DNA of 46,929 bases from Octopus sinensis. Its lineage: Eukaryota. The stretch spans positions 1 through 46,929 of the forward strand of contig NW_021834583.1 of assembly GCF_006345805.1 (NCBI RefSeq), in the 5' to 3' direction. Each line of letters opens with the position of its first letter. The stretch's first letter is position 1. Shown one piece after another: positions 13,826 to 25,561 of the stretch. A program made the translations under genes and the position numbers. The notes below the pieces were generated by a model that saw only the letters and a program-made list of their open reading frames with translations, was not told the origin of the DNA and ran no database searches.

Positions 13826-14157
13826 ATAGTGTTTTCTTTATTATATATTTAGTTACATATTTATTTTATTATAATAGTAAGTACCAGCTGAAAAGATCGG
13901 GTTATGTGGCAAGGTAAGTCAACTACTGGAATCAGTCTTATTTCAAACGGCAAGAAGCTTCCGCGGAATTCTCGAAGTCTAAAAGGTACACAGTTGACAT
14001 GTTGTTACAGTCTCAAGAGTAGTTGTTGTGTTAAACAAAATAGTAATAATAATAATTATCCTTTCTATTAAAAGCATAAGGTCTGAAATTTGGGGGGAGG
14101 GGACTAATCGATTACATCGATCACATTCTTTCACTGGTACTTGATTTATCGAAATAT

Positions 14158-14564
14158 CTATTTCTTTACTACCCACAGGGGGCTAAACACAGAGAGGACA
14201 AATAAGGGATTAAGTCGATTATATCGACCCCAGTGCGTAACTGGTACTTATTTAATCGACCCCAAACTGATGAAAGGCAAAGTCAACCTCGGCGGAATTT
14301 GAACTCAGAACGTAACGGCAGAAGAAATACCTATTTCTTTACTACCCACAAGGGGCTAAACAGAGCGAGGACAAATAAGGACAGACAAACGAATTAAGTC
14401 GATTATATCGACCCCAGTGCGTAACTGATACTTACTTAATCGACCCCGAAAGGATGAAAAGCAAAGTCGACCTCGGTGGAATTTGAACTCAGAACGTAGC
14501 GGCAGACGAAATGCCGCTACGCATTTCGCCCAGCTTGCTAACGATTCTGCCAGCTCACCGCCTT
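14158..14564 (-). mobile_element. SINE family C: full copy followed by a 5'-truncated tandem copy
   Basis: Full copy 14331-14564; truncated copy 14158-14330 begins at GTATTTC on the minus strand. The central GCCTTTCATCCTTTCGGGGTCGAT domain resembles the Meta-type SINE domain (recognition from memory, unverified). Confidence 0.85.
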
Positions 14565-15490
14565 AATCGGCGGAATAATTATGTACTGTCATATATCTCG
14601 GGAGAAAAGAAACAAAGAACAGCAAAAAAGCTATCACCAAACTTTTGTTAAGCAAAGTACAAGTGACGTCGCATTATGTCGACTACATGTGATATTGGTG
14701 TGTCTTCATTTGGGTGGCTATTTACATCGTATTCTTATGTATGTAAGAAACTTAAATAGCAGACATCTTATCAAACTGTTGTTGCCAGATTACTTGGAAA
14801 TTATTCAAAATATTTTCAGTGCTTGTAATAAAGTAGGGTTTCATCGAAATTGATTTAATTTTGAAGATGTATTAGTGAAATAAGAAATTACTGAAGTAAA
14901 TAAATTGTTATATAAGTGAGATAAAGATATATAAGCAAATGAATAAGTCTATAAACGTATTTTAAATACAATTTGTTGTGAGCAAGACTTTGGAAAGTAG
15001 AACGCAGACAAATGAGCGAGAAATGAAAAATAACGACCAAATAATTACATAAATACACTCTTTATACATACAGACACACATACACCAACACGTATACAGA
15101 CATTCATTCACATACATACACCAAAGATGGAGCCTTGTATCTTTGTTGAAAATCGGCTCCCTCCGCAGTGGAAGATTTATAATAATTTTAAAAAATAGAA
15201 GACATATACATACATACATGCATACATACATACATACTTACATACATACTTACATACATGCATACATACATACATGTATACATACATACATATATATATA
15301 CATACATATATACAAACATACATACATACATACATGCATGCATACATACATTCATACATACATATATACATACATACATATATACATGCATACATATATA
15401 CATACATACATACATACATACATACATGCATGCATACATACATACATATATACATACATACATGTATGCATACTCACATACATGTATGCA

Positions 15491-15775
15491 TACGAGGTGC
15501 TATCACAAAATTCCCGGGTTAGTTCTGAAGCACACCAACAGATGGCAGCACACGATTGCGTGTGAAAGTGAGAGCTAGTAGTGACTTCCATGACGCAGTG
15601 CGACGAACGACATGACTATCTTTACATCTGGAGTTGTGAAATTTGTATTTTTGTGATCCTGAGAAAACTGTAGTCTGTGATTTTTGTCATGGACAGGAAA
15701 AACATTAATTGCGAACAAAGAGCGAAGTATTGCGTTAAACTTGAAGTCTGCTACAAAGACAAATAGAATGGAATT
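15491..15775 (+). mobile_element. Truncated mariner 5' end (TIR plus transposase N-terminus)
   Basis: Begins TA-CGAGGTG, a mariner-like TIR start. ATG at 15689 gives MDRKNINCEQRAKYCVKL, then frameshifted KSAT-like, resembling the mariner HTH EQR..IKFC.KLGKSA. Confidence 0.6.
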
Positions 15776-16249
15776 TGGTTGCGGAATCAGTGGAAAAATG
15801 TGTATCTGTGTGTCTGTTTGTGTGTAGCTAACTAGTACGGCTTCTGCAGAGTTAGATCCTCTGTGAAATATTATTTTCCGTTAGTCAATAACAACCTCTC
15901 GCTCTAAAGAAGTTCTGTGGAATCACTGTTGTTGCCCAAGGTATCAGGCAAGCTTTCGTCTATTTCTAGTCTAAAAATATCCTGCAAAAATCTCGCACCA
16001 CAGGCTCTTCCCATCCTTTGTTTATTAGATTCATACATTCTTATCTCCGCTCCCCTTTGTAGCATGTATTGACGGAGTTCTTTCTGCTCCTAGCACAATC
16101 AGTTCTGATACTCCTTGGGGTTTCATCTCATCATCCATATACACAACATTTTCTTCATTCTGTATATCGTTATCCAAACAAACGGTGGAATTCGATCTCA
16201 GAATGTAAAAGACAGAAGAAATGCCGCAAAATATTTTGCTCCAGTATTG

Positions 16250-16457
16250 GTTTCAAATTTCAGCACAAGGCCCGCAATTCTTTTAGGGGATGAGTAAGTC
16301 GATTATCCCAGTATTCAACTGGTACTTCTTTTCGACCCCGAAATTATAAAAGACAAATTGGACCTCGGCGTTATTTAAATTCAGAACGTAAAAACAAACG
16401 AAATGCCGCTAAGCATTTTGCCCGGCGTCCTAACAATTCTGCCAGCTCAACGCCTTA
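16250..16457 (-). mobile_element. SINE family C variant (diverged)
   Basis: TCGACCCCGAAA...GACCTCGGCG...TTCTGCCAGCTCAACGCCTT. Confidence 0.7.
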
Positions 16458-16901
16458 TTTTGCCCCAGTATTGATATGATATTGCCGATACCTAATCAGA
16501 CATCGTGGATTGCATCCACAGGAAAAATCTCTTACCTGACGAGAATTCAATCAGTAACACTTTCACTTCAGCCCCTCAACTACAGGCGCTCTGTCTCCTC
16601 TCTACCTATGGCTACAGTCGTGACTTCTTTTGCTGGGAGCTAGTTGGCCTCGTACCCTCCAACCAGGTACATCTGACTCATATTTCCACTTCGTGTCATT
16701 CCTAGTACTCAGGACTGCCAAAATTCTTAGTACCCAGGATACCCAAAATTTTCTCCCTAGAATGTCGTCGGCCCACCTTGGATATTTCCTCTGTTCATGT
16801 CTTTCCTGCAGGTGTTGATTTGCAACTGTTTAAAATTAATATTAACGGCATAAATATCACCTGTGCAAACTTCATGGACAACAAGTAGAGAATACACACA
16901 C

Positions 16902-17274
16902 GCGGCGAGCTGGCAGAATCGTGAGCACGTCGGGCGAAATGCGTAGCCGTATTTCGTCTGCCGTTACGCTCTGAGTTCAAATTCCACCGAGGTCGACTTC
17001 GCCTTTCATCCGATAAATTAAGTACCAGTTACGCACTAGAGCCGATGTAATCGACTTAATCCGTTTTTCTGGCTTTGTTTGTCCTCTCTGTGTTTAGCCC
17101 CTTGTGGGTAGTAAAGAAATAGGTATTTCGTCTGCCTTTATGTTCTGAGTTCATATTCCGCCGAGGTCAACTTAGCCTTTCATCATTTCGGGGTCGATTA
17201 AATAAGTACCAGTTACGCACTAGAGTCGATATAATCGACTTAATCCGTTTGTCTGTCCTTGTTTGTCCCCTCTG
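16902..17274 (+). mobile_element. SINE family C: full copy followed by a 5'-truncated tandem copy
   Basis: GCGGCGAGCTGGCAGAA...GTAAAGAAATAG|GTATTTCGTCTGCC (junction 17122/17123). Confidence 0.85.
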
Positions 17275-17740
17275 AAATAAAATAAGTAGACAATACACAC
17301 ACTCACCACACACGCACGTAATACAACTCCCTCCACACGCACTCACATACACACACACATACAGATATTCTCATACACACATATAGTTTCATGTGACCAT
17401 CCACTTCTACATCTGGTTAGTTCGACTCAAACGCTTCGCGACGGTGCCCCAGCATGGCCGACGTCAGATAACTGAAACAAGTAAACGATAAAAAGATGCA
17501 TACATAATACACACACACACATACAGTCTTTATATCAGGAGAATTTAGAAACTTCGAGAAATTTGAAATCGTATGTTATTGACTGGAAGAAGTGCCTGAA
17601 TATTCCGACGTTTGCATCCCAATGTTTACATACAATTAACATATATTTATACTTTCATCTACAGCGAGTTCCGCAGTTAAAAAGGAATTATAAACACATT
17701 ACATACATATATACATACATACATACATACATACATACAT

Positions 17741-17772
<32 letters not shown>

Positions 17773-18058
17773 CTATATATATATATATATATATATATTA
17801 TTTGGATATATATATATATATGTTAGTGGGTACATATGTATTAACATACAGATGTAGACTGGAGTATTTCTTTATTCCTTTTCATGTTTTCTCTGTTTTC
17901 TCGGGTTGTTGAACTTCTTCAGAGAAGAGGAATGGTGGGGTGAACATATATTAGATTTGAAAAGAAACTAACGAGGTCAAAAAATAAGATAATTTAGGCA
18001 AAAGATGAAAGATGAGTTAAAAATAATAAATACAAACAGGAATGTTAAAAACACTAAA

Positions 18059-18120
<62 letters not shown>

Positions 18121-18128
18121 AATGTATG

Positions 18129-18162
<34 letters not shown>

Positions 18163-18216
18163 CAACAATTGAGGGCAAAATTAATTAATTATTAATCTTA
18201 TTTTACTAAGCCCTTT

Positions 18217-18259
<43 letters not shown>

Positions 18260-18419
18260 GTGTGTGTGTGTGTGTGTGTGGTGTGTATACATGTGTATAT
18301 ATATGTATATATTTGTATATATAATATATGTATATGTATATATATATATATGTATAAACACATATATATATATACATATATATAGATGTGTGTGTGCGTG
18401 TATACATACATATATGTAT

Positions 18420-18456
<37 letters not shown>

Positions 18457-18457
18457 C

Positions 18458-18493
<36 letters not shown>

Positions 18494-19613
18494 ATATCTA
18501 TATATATATATATATATATATATATGATCTAATAATATCGATATTTGTCGAACGAATGACGAACAGAGAAGCCAATCTATAAAATATATTGTTTTCTTAT
18601 ATTTTGTTTGTTCCTGTGCTTGATTGAATTTTAATGTTTTGTCTCAATCCCCTTTGTTAGTTAAGGACCTTTTCAGCCATCCATCTCCGTATTGCTTGTC
18701 TCTATTTCGATGTTGCTTTAGACATTTTGTTTATCAAATTTAAAACTGTGAAACTCATAAAAGCGTATCTCCGCTTTTTCAAATTACGTAATATTTTTCT
18801 TTTTCATTTACGGTTCGCTGTTTATTTGATTTCGCGATTAGATCCCCTTGTCTATATTATGGCTTGTTTATCAAATGGTCCTTAGAAGCTTTTTGTTCGC
18901 CAGTCATTCATTTCGTCCGTTGTTATTATGGTTAGTGGGCTTAAAATTATAATCTTATCTATATAGTCATTAACTGTTGTTGGAATTTTTGTCTCTAACT
19001 ATTCTATGAGTATTTCTATAACAGTCTTTGTGTGTATGGGGTCTGTCCTGGTATGTATTAAATTAGGAATTTGTCGTTCGTTTCCTCTAGCCCTGTGGAT
19101 GATTACCATTCTTGGCCTTGGCGTTTTTATGTTTTCATGATCTGTACAGTTATGGGGACACTGCTGGTTGCGTATGCTAATCATGGTTCAAACCATTTTT
19201 CAAATATGGATTTCTTTTGGTATCTGCAACGTGAACTTATCTCACTTCTGTTCCTGAGGTGTATATTTTGCGTGGTAATCATATATTTGCGTGGTAATCA
19301 TATATTGTCATGTGGCGTATACTGGAGTAATTTACATACAGGAATGCACTGTCTACGGTGAATAAAAATAATTTAAAATCACAAACAGAGACAATATATG
19401 CAACCTAAAAGAGAGACGAAGACCTAAATATAATCATAGCTAAGAAAGAAGATGCAACAGAATATTTAAAATCAATACACCACAGACAATATTAATTATA
19501 AAACAAATATCATCCAATTCATATAAAAGAAGAGTTATATCGAGATATTGCAGCTGTAGTACGTATGATACTCGTGTCACGAAAACGTAACTGTACCCAA
19601 ATATACATATTGA

Positions 19614-19815
19614 GTGGTAGCTTAGTGGTTAGGTAATTCGGGTCACGGTCGTAAGCTTATGATTTCGGCGGGACGGTGTGTTCTTGAGTACCACACTTCA
19701 TTCCACGTTGCCCTAGTTCAGTTAGCTGGAGAAAAAGGGTAGAAAATGACCTGTACTTGTCGTTCAAATAGCCATTTCGTCATAGTATGTGTCTTCGTAA
19801 TCTCCCTGAGGATTG
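19614..19815 (+). mobile_element. SINE family A (diverged)
   Basis: GCTTAGTGGTTAGG...GTGTTCTTGAG...CCACGTTGC. Confidence 0.6.
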
Positions 19816-20253
19816 CATCATCTTATATCTTCCCCAGAGCTTCTAAACTAAAGCCCAGGCTTAGTTCGGAAAGTATTTACGCTTGTAAAGTTTTTGAAAA
19901 TAAGCTTGTACTTAATTTTGGTAGTTCTGACGTTGCTAGAAGGCGGTGCGCAACAGCTTATAGTAGAAAGAGCTATAAGATATTGATTCCTCTGCCTAAT
20001 CTTTGCATATATATATATATATATATATGTATACATATATATACATATGTATATATATATGTATACATATGTATATATATATGTATACATATGTATATAT
20101 ATATTTATATATAGAGGGCATAATTATACATACATGCCAGGAGGCATTATATATACCTGCCAAACGCTAAGAGGGACAATCAGTCATTTCTACCAAAAAT
20201 ATTACTAATCCCACCGAATGCAATTTTTCAAAGTAAGACATTTAAAAATATAT

Positions 20254-20301
20254 AGGCCTGTATCACAGTGATTTCATACTTACGTAATCATCAGCAGGCC
20301 T
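20254..20301 (-). ncRNA. Minimal type I hammerhead ribozyme, array 2 copy 1
   Basis: Minus strand: AGGCCTG-CTGATGA-TTACGTAAGTAT-GAAA-TCACTGTGA-TA-CAGGCCT. Confidence 0.85.
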
Positions 20302-20737
20302 GAATGTATTATAAATAAACAACGACCCTGCCTCGCTTAAACCGAACAGCTAACTGATCAACATCAACGAAGCACATGGGTGAGTTTATATATATTACAT
20401 CCGGGTGAATGGCAAACTTTTACAAAATTGCATTTCGGGAGAGGAAAAATTTTTTCGGAATAAAAATTTTGCAATTAAGGACAACTACTTAATAAGGAAA
20501 ACTTAACAAGAAATTGTCAGGTAGATAGCGTAAAAACCTCATAAGAGAAAAAATTTCGAAAATAATTATTTCTTATTGAACATATTAATTTATATATAGA
20601 GGGCATAATTATACATACATGCCAGAGGCATTATATATACCTGCCAAACGCTAAGAGGGACAATCAGTCATTTCTACAAAAAATATTACTAATCCCACCG
20701 AATGCAATTTTTCAAAGTAAGACATTTAAAAATATAT

Positions 20738-20785
20738 AGGCCTGTATCACAGTGATTTCATACTTACGTAATCATCAGCAGGCCT
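20738..20785 (-). ncRNA. Minimal type I hammerhead ribozyme, array 2 copy 2
   Basis: Identical motif. Confidence 0.85.
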
Positions 20786-21653
20786 GAATGTATTATAAAT
20801 AAACAACGACCCTGCCTCGCTTAAGCCGAACAGCTAACTGATCAACATCAACGAAGCACATGGGTGAGTTTATATATATTACATCCGGGTGAATGGCAAA
20901 CTTTTACAAAATTGCATTTCGGGAGAGGAAAAGTTTTTTCGGAATAAAAATTTTGCAATTAAGGACAACTACTTAATAAGGAAAACTTAACAAGAAATTG
21001 TCAGGTAGATAGCGTAAAAACCTCATAAGAGAAAAAATTTCGAAAATAATTATTTCTTATTGAACATATTAATTTATATATAGAGGGCATAATTATACAT
21101 ACATGCCAGGAGGCATTATATATACCTGCCAAACGCTAAGAGGGACAATCAGTCATTTCTACCAAAAATATTACTAATCCCACCGAATGCAATTTTTCAA
21201 AGTAAGACATTTAAAAATATATAGGCCTGTATCACAATTGAAAAATTGCATTCGGTGGGATTAGTAATATTTTTGGTAGAAATGACTGATTGGCCCTCTT
21301 AGCGTTTGGCAGGTATATATAATGCCTCCTGGCATGTATGTATAATTATGCCCTCTATATATAAATTAATATGTTCAATAAGAAATAATTATTTTCGAAA
21401 TTTTTTCTCTTATGAGGTTTTTACGCTATCTACCTGACAATTTCTTGTTAAGTTTTCCTTATTAAGTAGTTGTCCTTAATTGCAAAATTTTTATTCCGAA
21501 AAAATTTTTTCCTCTCCCGAAATGCAATTTTGTAAAAGTTTGCCATTCACCCGGATGTAATATATATAAACTCACCCATGTGCTTCGTTGATGTTGATCA
21601 GTTAGCTGTTCGGCTTAAGCGAGGCAGGGTCGTTGTTTATTTATAATACATTC

Positions 21654-21701
21654 AGGCCTGCTGATGATTACGTAAGTATGAAATCACTGTGATACAGGCC
21701 T
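21654..21701 (+). ncRNA. Minimal type I hammerhead ribozyme, array 2 copy 3
   Basis: Stem I 21654-21660 with 21695-21701, CTGATGA 21661-21667, GAAA 21680-21683, AUA triplet with cut after 21694. Confidence 0.85.
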
Positions 21702-22138
21702 ATATATTTTTAAATGTCTTACTTTGAAAAATTGCATTCGGTGGGATTAGTAATATTTTTGGTAGAAATGACTGATTGTCCCTCTTAGCGTTTGGCAGGT
21801 ATATATAATGCCTCCTGGCATGTATGTATAATTATGCCCTCTATATATAAATTAATATGTTCAATAAGAAATAATTATTTTCGAAATTTTTTCTCTTATG
21901 AGGTTTTTACGCTATCTACCTGACAATTTCTTGTTAAGATTTCCTTATTAAGTAGTTGTCCTTAATTGCAAAATTTTTATTCCGAAAAAACTTTTCCTCT
22001 CCCGAAATGCAATTTTGTAAAAGTTTGCCATTCACCCGGATGTAATATATATAAACTCACCCATGTGCTTCGTTGATGTTGATCAGTTAGCTGTTCGGCT
22101 TAAGCGAGGCAGGGTCGTTGTTTATTTATAATACATTC

Positions 22139-22185
22139 AGCCTGCTGATGATTACGTAAGTATGAAATCACTGTGATACAGGCCT
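22139..22185 (+). ncRNA. Minimal type I hammerhead ribozyme, array 2 copy 4
   Basis: Core intact (CTGATGA 22145-22151, GAAA 22164-22167); 1-nt deletion in the 5' strand of stem I. Confidence 0.8.
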
Positions 22186-22621
22186 ATATATTTTTAAATG
22201 TCTTACTTTGAAAAATTGCATTCGGTGGGATTAGTAATATTTTTGGTAGAAATGACTGATTGTCCCTCTTAGCGTTTGGCAGGTATATATAATGCCTCCT
22301 GGCATGTATGTATAATTATGCCCTCTATATATAAATTAATATGTTCAATAAGAAATAATTATTTTCGAAATTTTTTCTCTTATGAGGTTTTTACGCTATC
22401 TACCTGACAATTTCTTGTTAAGTTTTCCTTATTAAGTAGTTGTCCTTAATGCAAAATTTTTATTCCGAAAAAACTTTTCCTCTCCCGAAATGCAATTTTG
22501 TAAAAGTTTGCCATTCACCCGGATGTAATATATATAAACTCACCCATGTGCTTCGTTGATGTTGATCAGTTAGCTGTTCGGCTTAAGCGAGGCAGGGTCG
22601 TTGTTTATTTATAATACATTC

Positions 22622-22669
22622 AGGCCTGCTGATGATTACGTAAGTATGAAATCACTGTGATACAGGCCT
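22622..22669 (+). ncRNA. Minimal type I hammerhead ribozyme, array 2 copy 5
   Basis: CTGATGA 22629-22635, GAAA 22648-22651. Confidence 0.85.
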
Positions 22670-23105
22670 ATATATTTTTAAATGTCTTACTTTGAAAAAT
22701 TGCATTCGGTGGGATTAGTAATATTTTTGGTAGAAATGACTGATTGTCCTCTTAGCGTTTGGCAGGTATATATAATGCCTCCTGGCATGTATGTATAATT
22801 ATGCCCTCTATATATAAATTAATATGTTCAATAAGAAATAATTATTTTCGAAATTTTTTCTCTTATGAGGTTTTTACGCTATCTACCTGACAATTTCTTG
22901 TTAAGTTTTCCTTATTAAGTAGTTGTCCTTAATTGCAAAATTTTTATTCCGAAAAAACTTTTCCTCTCCCGAAATGCAATTTTGTAAAAGTTTGCCATTC
23001 ACCCGGATGTAATATATATAAACTCACCCATGTGCTTCGTTGATGTTGATCAGTTAGCTGTTCGGCTTAAGCGAGGCAGGGTCGTTGTTTATTTATAATA
23101 CATTC

Positions 23106-23153
23106 AGGCCTGCTGATGATTACGTAAGTATGAAATCACTGTGATACAGGCCT
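23106..23153 (+). ncRNA. Minimal type I hammerhead ribozyme, array 2 copy 6
   Basis: CTGATGA 23113-23119, GAAA 23132-23135. Confidence 0.85.
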
Positions 23154-23428
23154 ATATATTTTTAAATGTCTTACTTTGAAAAATTGCATTCGGTGGGATT
23201 AGTATATTTTTGGTAGAAATGACTGATTGTCCCTCTTAGCGTTGGCAGGTATATATAATGCCTCCTGGCATGTATGTATAATTATGCCCTCTATATATAA
23301 ATTAATATGTTCAATAAGAAATAATTATTTTCGAAATTTTTTCTCTTATGAGGTTTTTACGCTATCTACCTGACAATTTCTTGTTAAGTTTTCCTTATTA
23401 AGTAGTTGTCCTTAATTGCAAAATATAT

Positions 23429-23488
<60 letters not shown>

Positions 23489-23523
23489 AATATACATGCA
23501 TATATATATATATATATATATAT

Positions 23524-23563
<40 letters not shown>

Positions 23564-23595
23564 CATACATATATATACATATATATATATATATA

Positions 23596-23915
23596 TGATG
23601 GCTGCCACCTCGTTATAGAGTATGGCCATTGCACGGTGCTTAACTGTTATTGGTGCTGTGATCGAATGTGACTTTTTAGCCCAGCTAAAGATCTCCAATG
23701 TCTTGTACAGATTTGGCAGCTAAAACCTCTACCGGTAATAGCTGGCTGCAGTTGTAACTGGGCTTCATGTACCATTGCATGTCTTTTAAGTCTTCCTGCC
23801 GAATTACACTCTCTTCCACATGCCTGGCAGATATGATTAGTATGGTGTGTTACACCACCACCAGTGGCCAGGTTGTCATTCATCTGTCTCGCTTTATGAC
23901 TACGAAGGTGAATCT
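23596..23915 (-). mobile_element. LINE 3' end (RTE-like) with two terminal C2H2-like motifs, tail running into (TA)n
   Basis: ORF 23647-23883: CQACGRECNSAGRLKRH and [19 protein letters not shown], then stop, ~50-nt 3'UTR and TA tail. RTE ORF2 proteins often end in a C..C...S..GL.SH motif. Confidence 0.6.
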
Positions 23916-24020
23916 TGAGTCCAGCTTACATACATACATCCAACATACATACATACATACATACATACACACATACATACATACATACACATGTACATAG
24001 ATACATACTTACATACATAT

Positions 24021-24081
<61 letters not shown>

Positions 24082-24465
24082 CGTACATATATACATATAT
24101 ATTTAAGGCGTATTCCGTTAGGAACATATTAGATTACAAAAAAAAAAGATCTTGATCACCCTTGGAATTACCAAATAGCCAATTCAAAAGAGGCAGTTGG
24201 GTGTGTTAGCATTAAAGTGAAATATTCACTTACGGGGACAGCGATCATACATCATCTGCGAAGATACAACTGGATCCCATTATACAGGTAAACAGTTGCT
24301 CAATTTAAATTCAAATCCTGTATATATTTGGAACCATGTGGTATCGAAACATGTGTAGTGTTTATTAAATATCTGTCTAAACGTACTCCTTCTTCGTGAC
24401 TATGTTTTTTCATTTTTATATAGAGAGCTATACATATATATACATATCTATGTATATATACATAC

Positions 24466-24515
<50 letters not shown>

Positions 24516-24558
24516 TATATATATTATATATATATATATACATACGTTTATACATGTG

Positions 24559-24873
24559 AAGGCGCATGGCTCATTGTTTAGAGCGTCGAGCTCACGGTCG
24601 TGAGGTTGTGAGCTTGGATATTGGATATCGGGCTGTGCTGCGTGTTGTATTCTTGAGCAAGCCACTTTATTTCAAATCGCTCCAGTTCACTCAGCTCTAG
24701 AAATGTATCGGCCCCTTTGCCTTTCCCTTGGATAACACTGGTGGCGTTGAGAGTGGAGGCCGTTATGCATGGGCGACTGCTGGTCTTCCATAAACAACCT
24801 TGCCCAGCCTTGTGCCTCGGAGGGTAACTTTCTAGGTGCAATCCCATGGTAAGTCAAGACCGAAGGGGGTCTC
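24559..24873 (+). mobile_element. tRNA-derived SINE (family A-related head, distinct tail)
   Basis: AAGGCGCATGGCTCA...TTCTTGAGCAAGCCACTTTATTT...GACCGAAGGGGGTCTC. Confidence 0.7.
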
Positions 24874-25141
24874 AGACGTACATGCATGCATGTATACGTG
24901 AATACATATATACATACACACGCACATTGTACACGTGTGAGTGTGTGTGTTTACTCGTATTATTTCCATTTCACTCTACTTTCTTCAATAACAACGTACT
25001 TTGGCTTTAGCAAGAATTATGTCAGTCGTTCAGATTTGATTCTCCTACATTATTTGCACTACTAATCTGATATCATTGGAAAAGATAAACACGCCATCAC
25101 AATTTACATTCGTTCGGAGATATATACAACTCATTCGAGTA

Positions 25142-25561
25142 CTCTTTTACTCTTTTACTTGTTTCAGTCATTTGACTGCGGCCATGCTGGAGCACCACCT
25201 TTAGTCGAGCAAATCGACCCCGGGTCTTATTCTTTGTAAGCCCAGTACTTATTCTATCGGTCTCTTTTGCCGAAGCGCTAAGTGACGGGGACGTAAACAC
25301 ACCAGCATCGGTTGTCAAGCAATGCTAGAGGGACAAACACAGACACACAAACATATACACACACATACACATATATATATATATATATACATATATACGA
25401 CAGGCTTCTTTCAGTTTCCGTCTACCAAATCCACTCACAAGGCTTTGGTCGGCCCGATGCTATAGCAGAAGACACCTGCCCAAGATGCCACGCAGTGGGA
25501 CTGAACCTGGAACCATGTGGTTGGTTAGCAAGCTACTTACCACACAGCCACACCTGCGCCT
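25142..25561 (-). mobile_element. Full-length SINE family B
   Basis: Near-identical to 6319-6714. Confidence 0.9.

Larger units (their letters stand above)
20103..23424. mobile_element. Hammerhead-ribozyme tandem array 2 (retrozyme-like, ~485-bp unit, ~6.9 units, internal inversion)
   Basis: AGAGGGC recurs at 20113, 20598 and 21082 (period 484-485). Left arm 20103-21236 is antisense and right arm 21238-23424 is sense. (TA)n on both sides; copies near-identical; no ORF of 60 aa or more. Confidence 0.9.

Noticed and set aside
13888-13913. Small exon ending at AAG|GTAAGT
   Set aside because: Good donor but weak acceptor, amid SINE debris; no further support.
14268-14274. CTGATGA heptamer (also 37113-37119) as further hammerheads
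   Set aside because: No stem I or stem III complement; they lie in a SINE and in a putative Tc1 relic.
18520-19350. Degenerate Penelope RT coding region
   Set aside because: Many stops in all frames and no recognisable RT motif, so it cannot be supported by eye.
23647-23883. Host C2H2 zinc-finger gene
   Set aside because: Only two atypical fingers, no TGEKP linker, and the sequence ends in a LINE-like 3'UTR and tail; better explained as a retroelement C-terminus.
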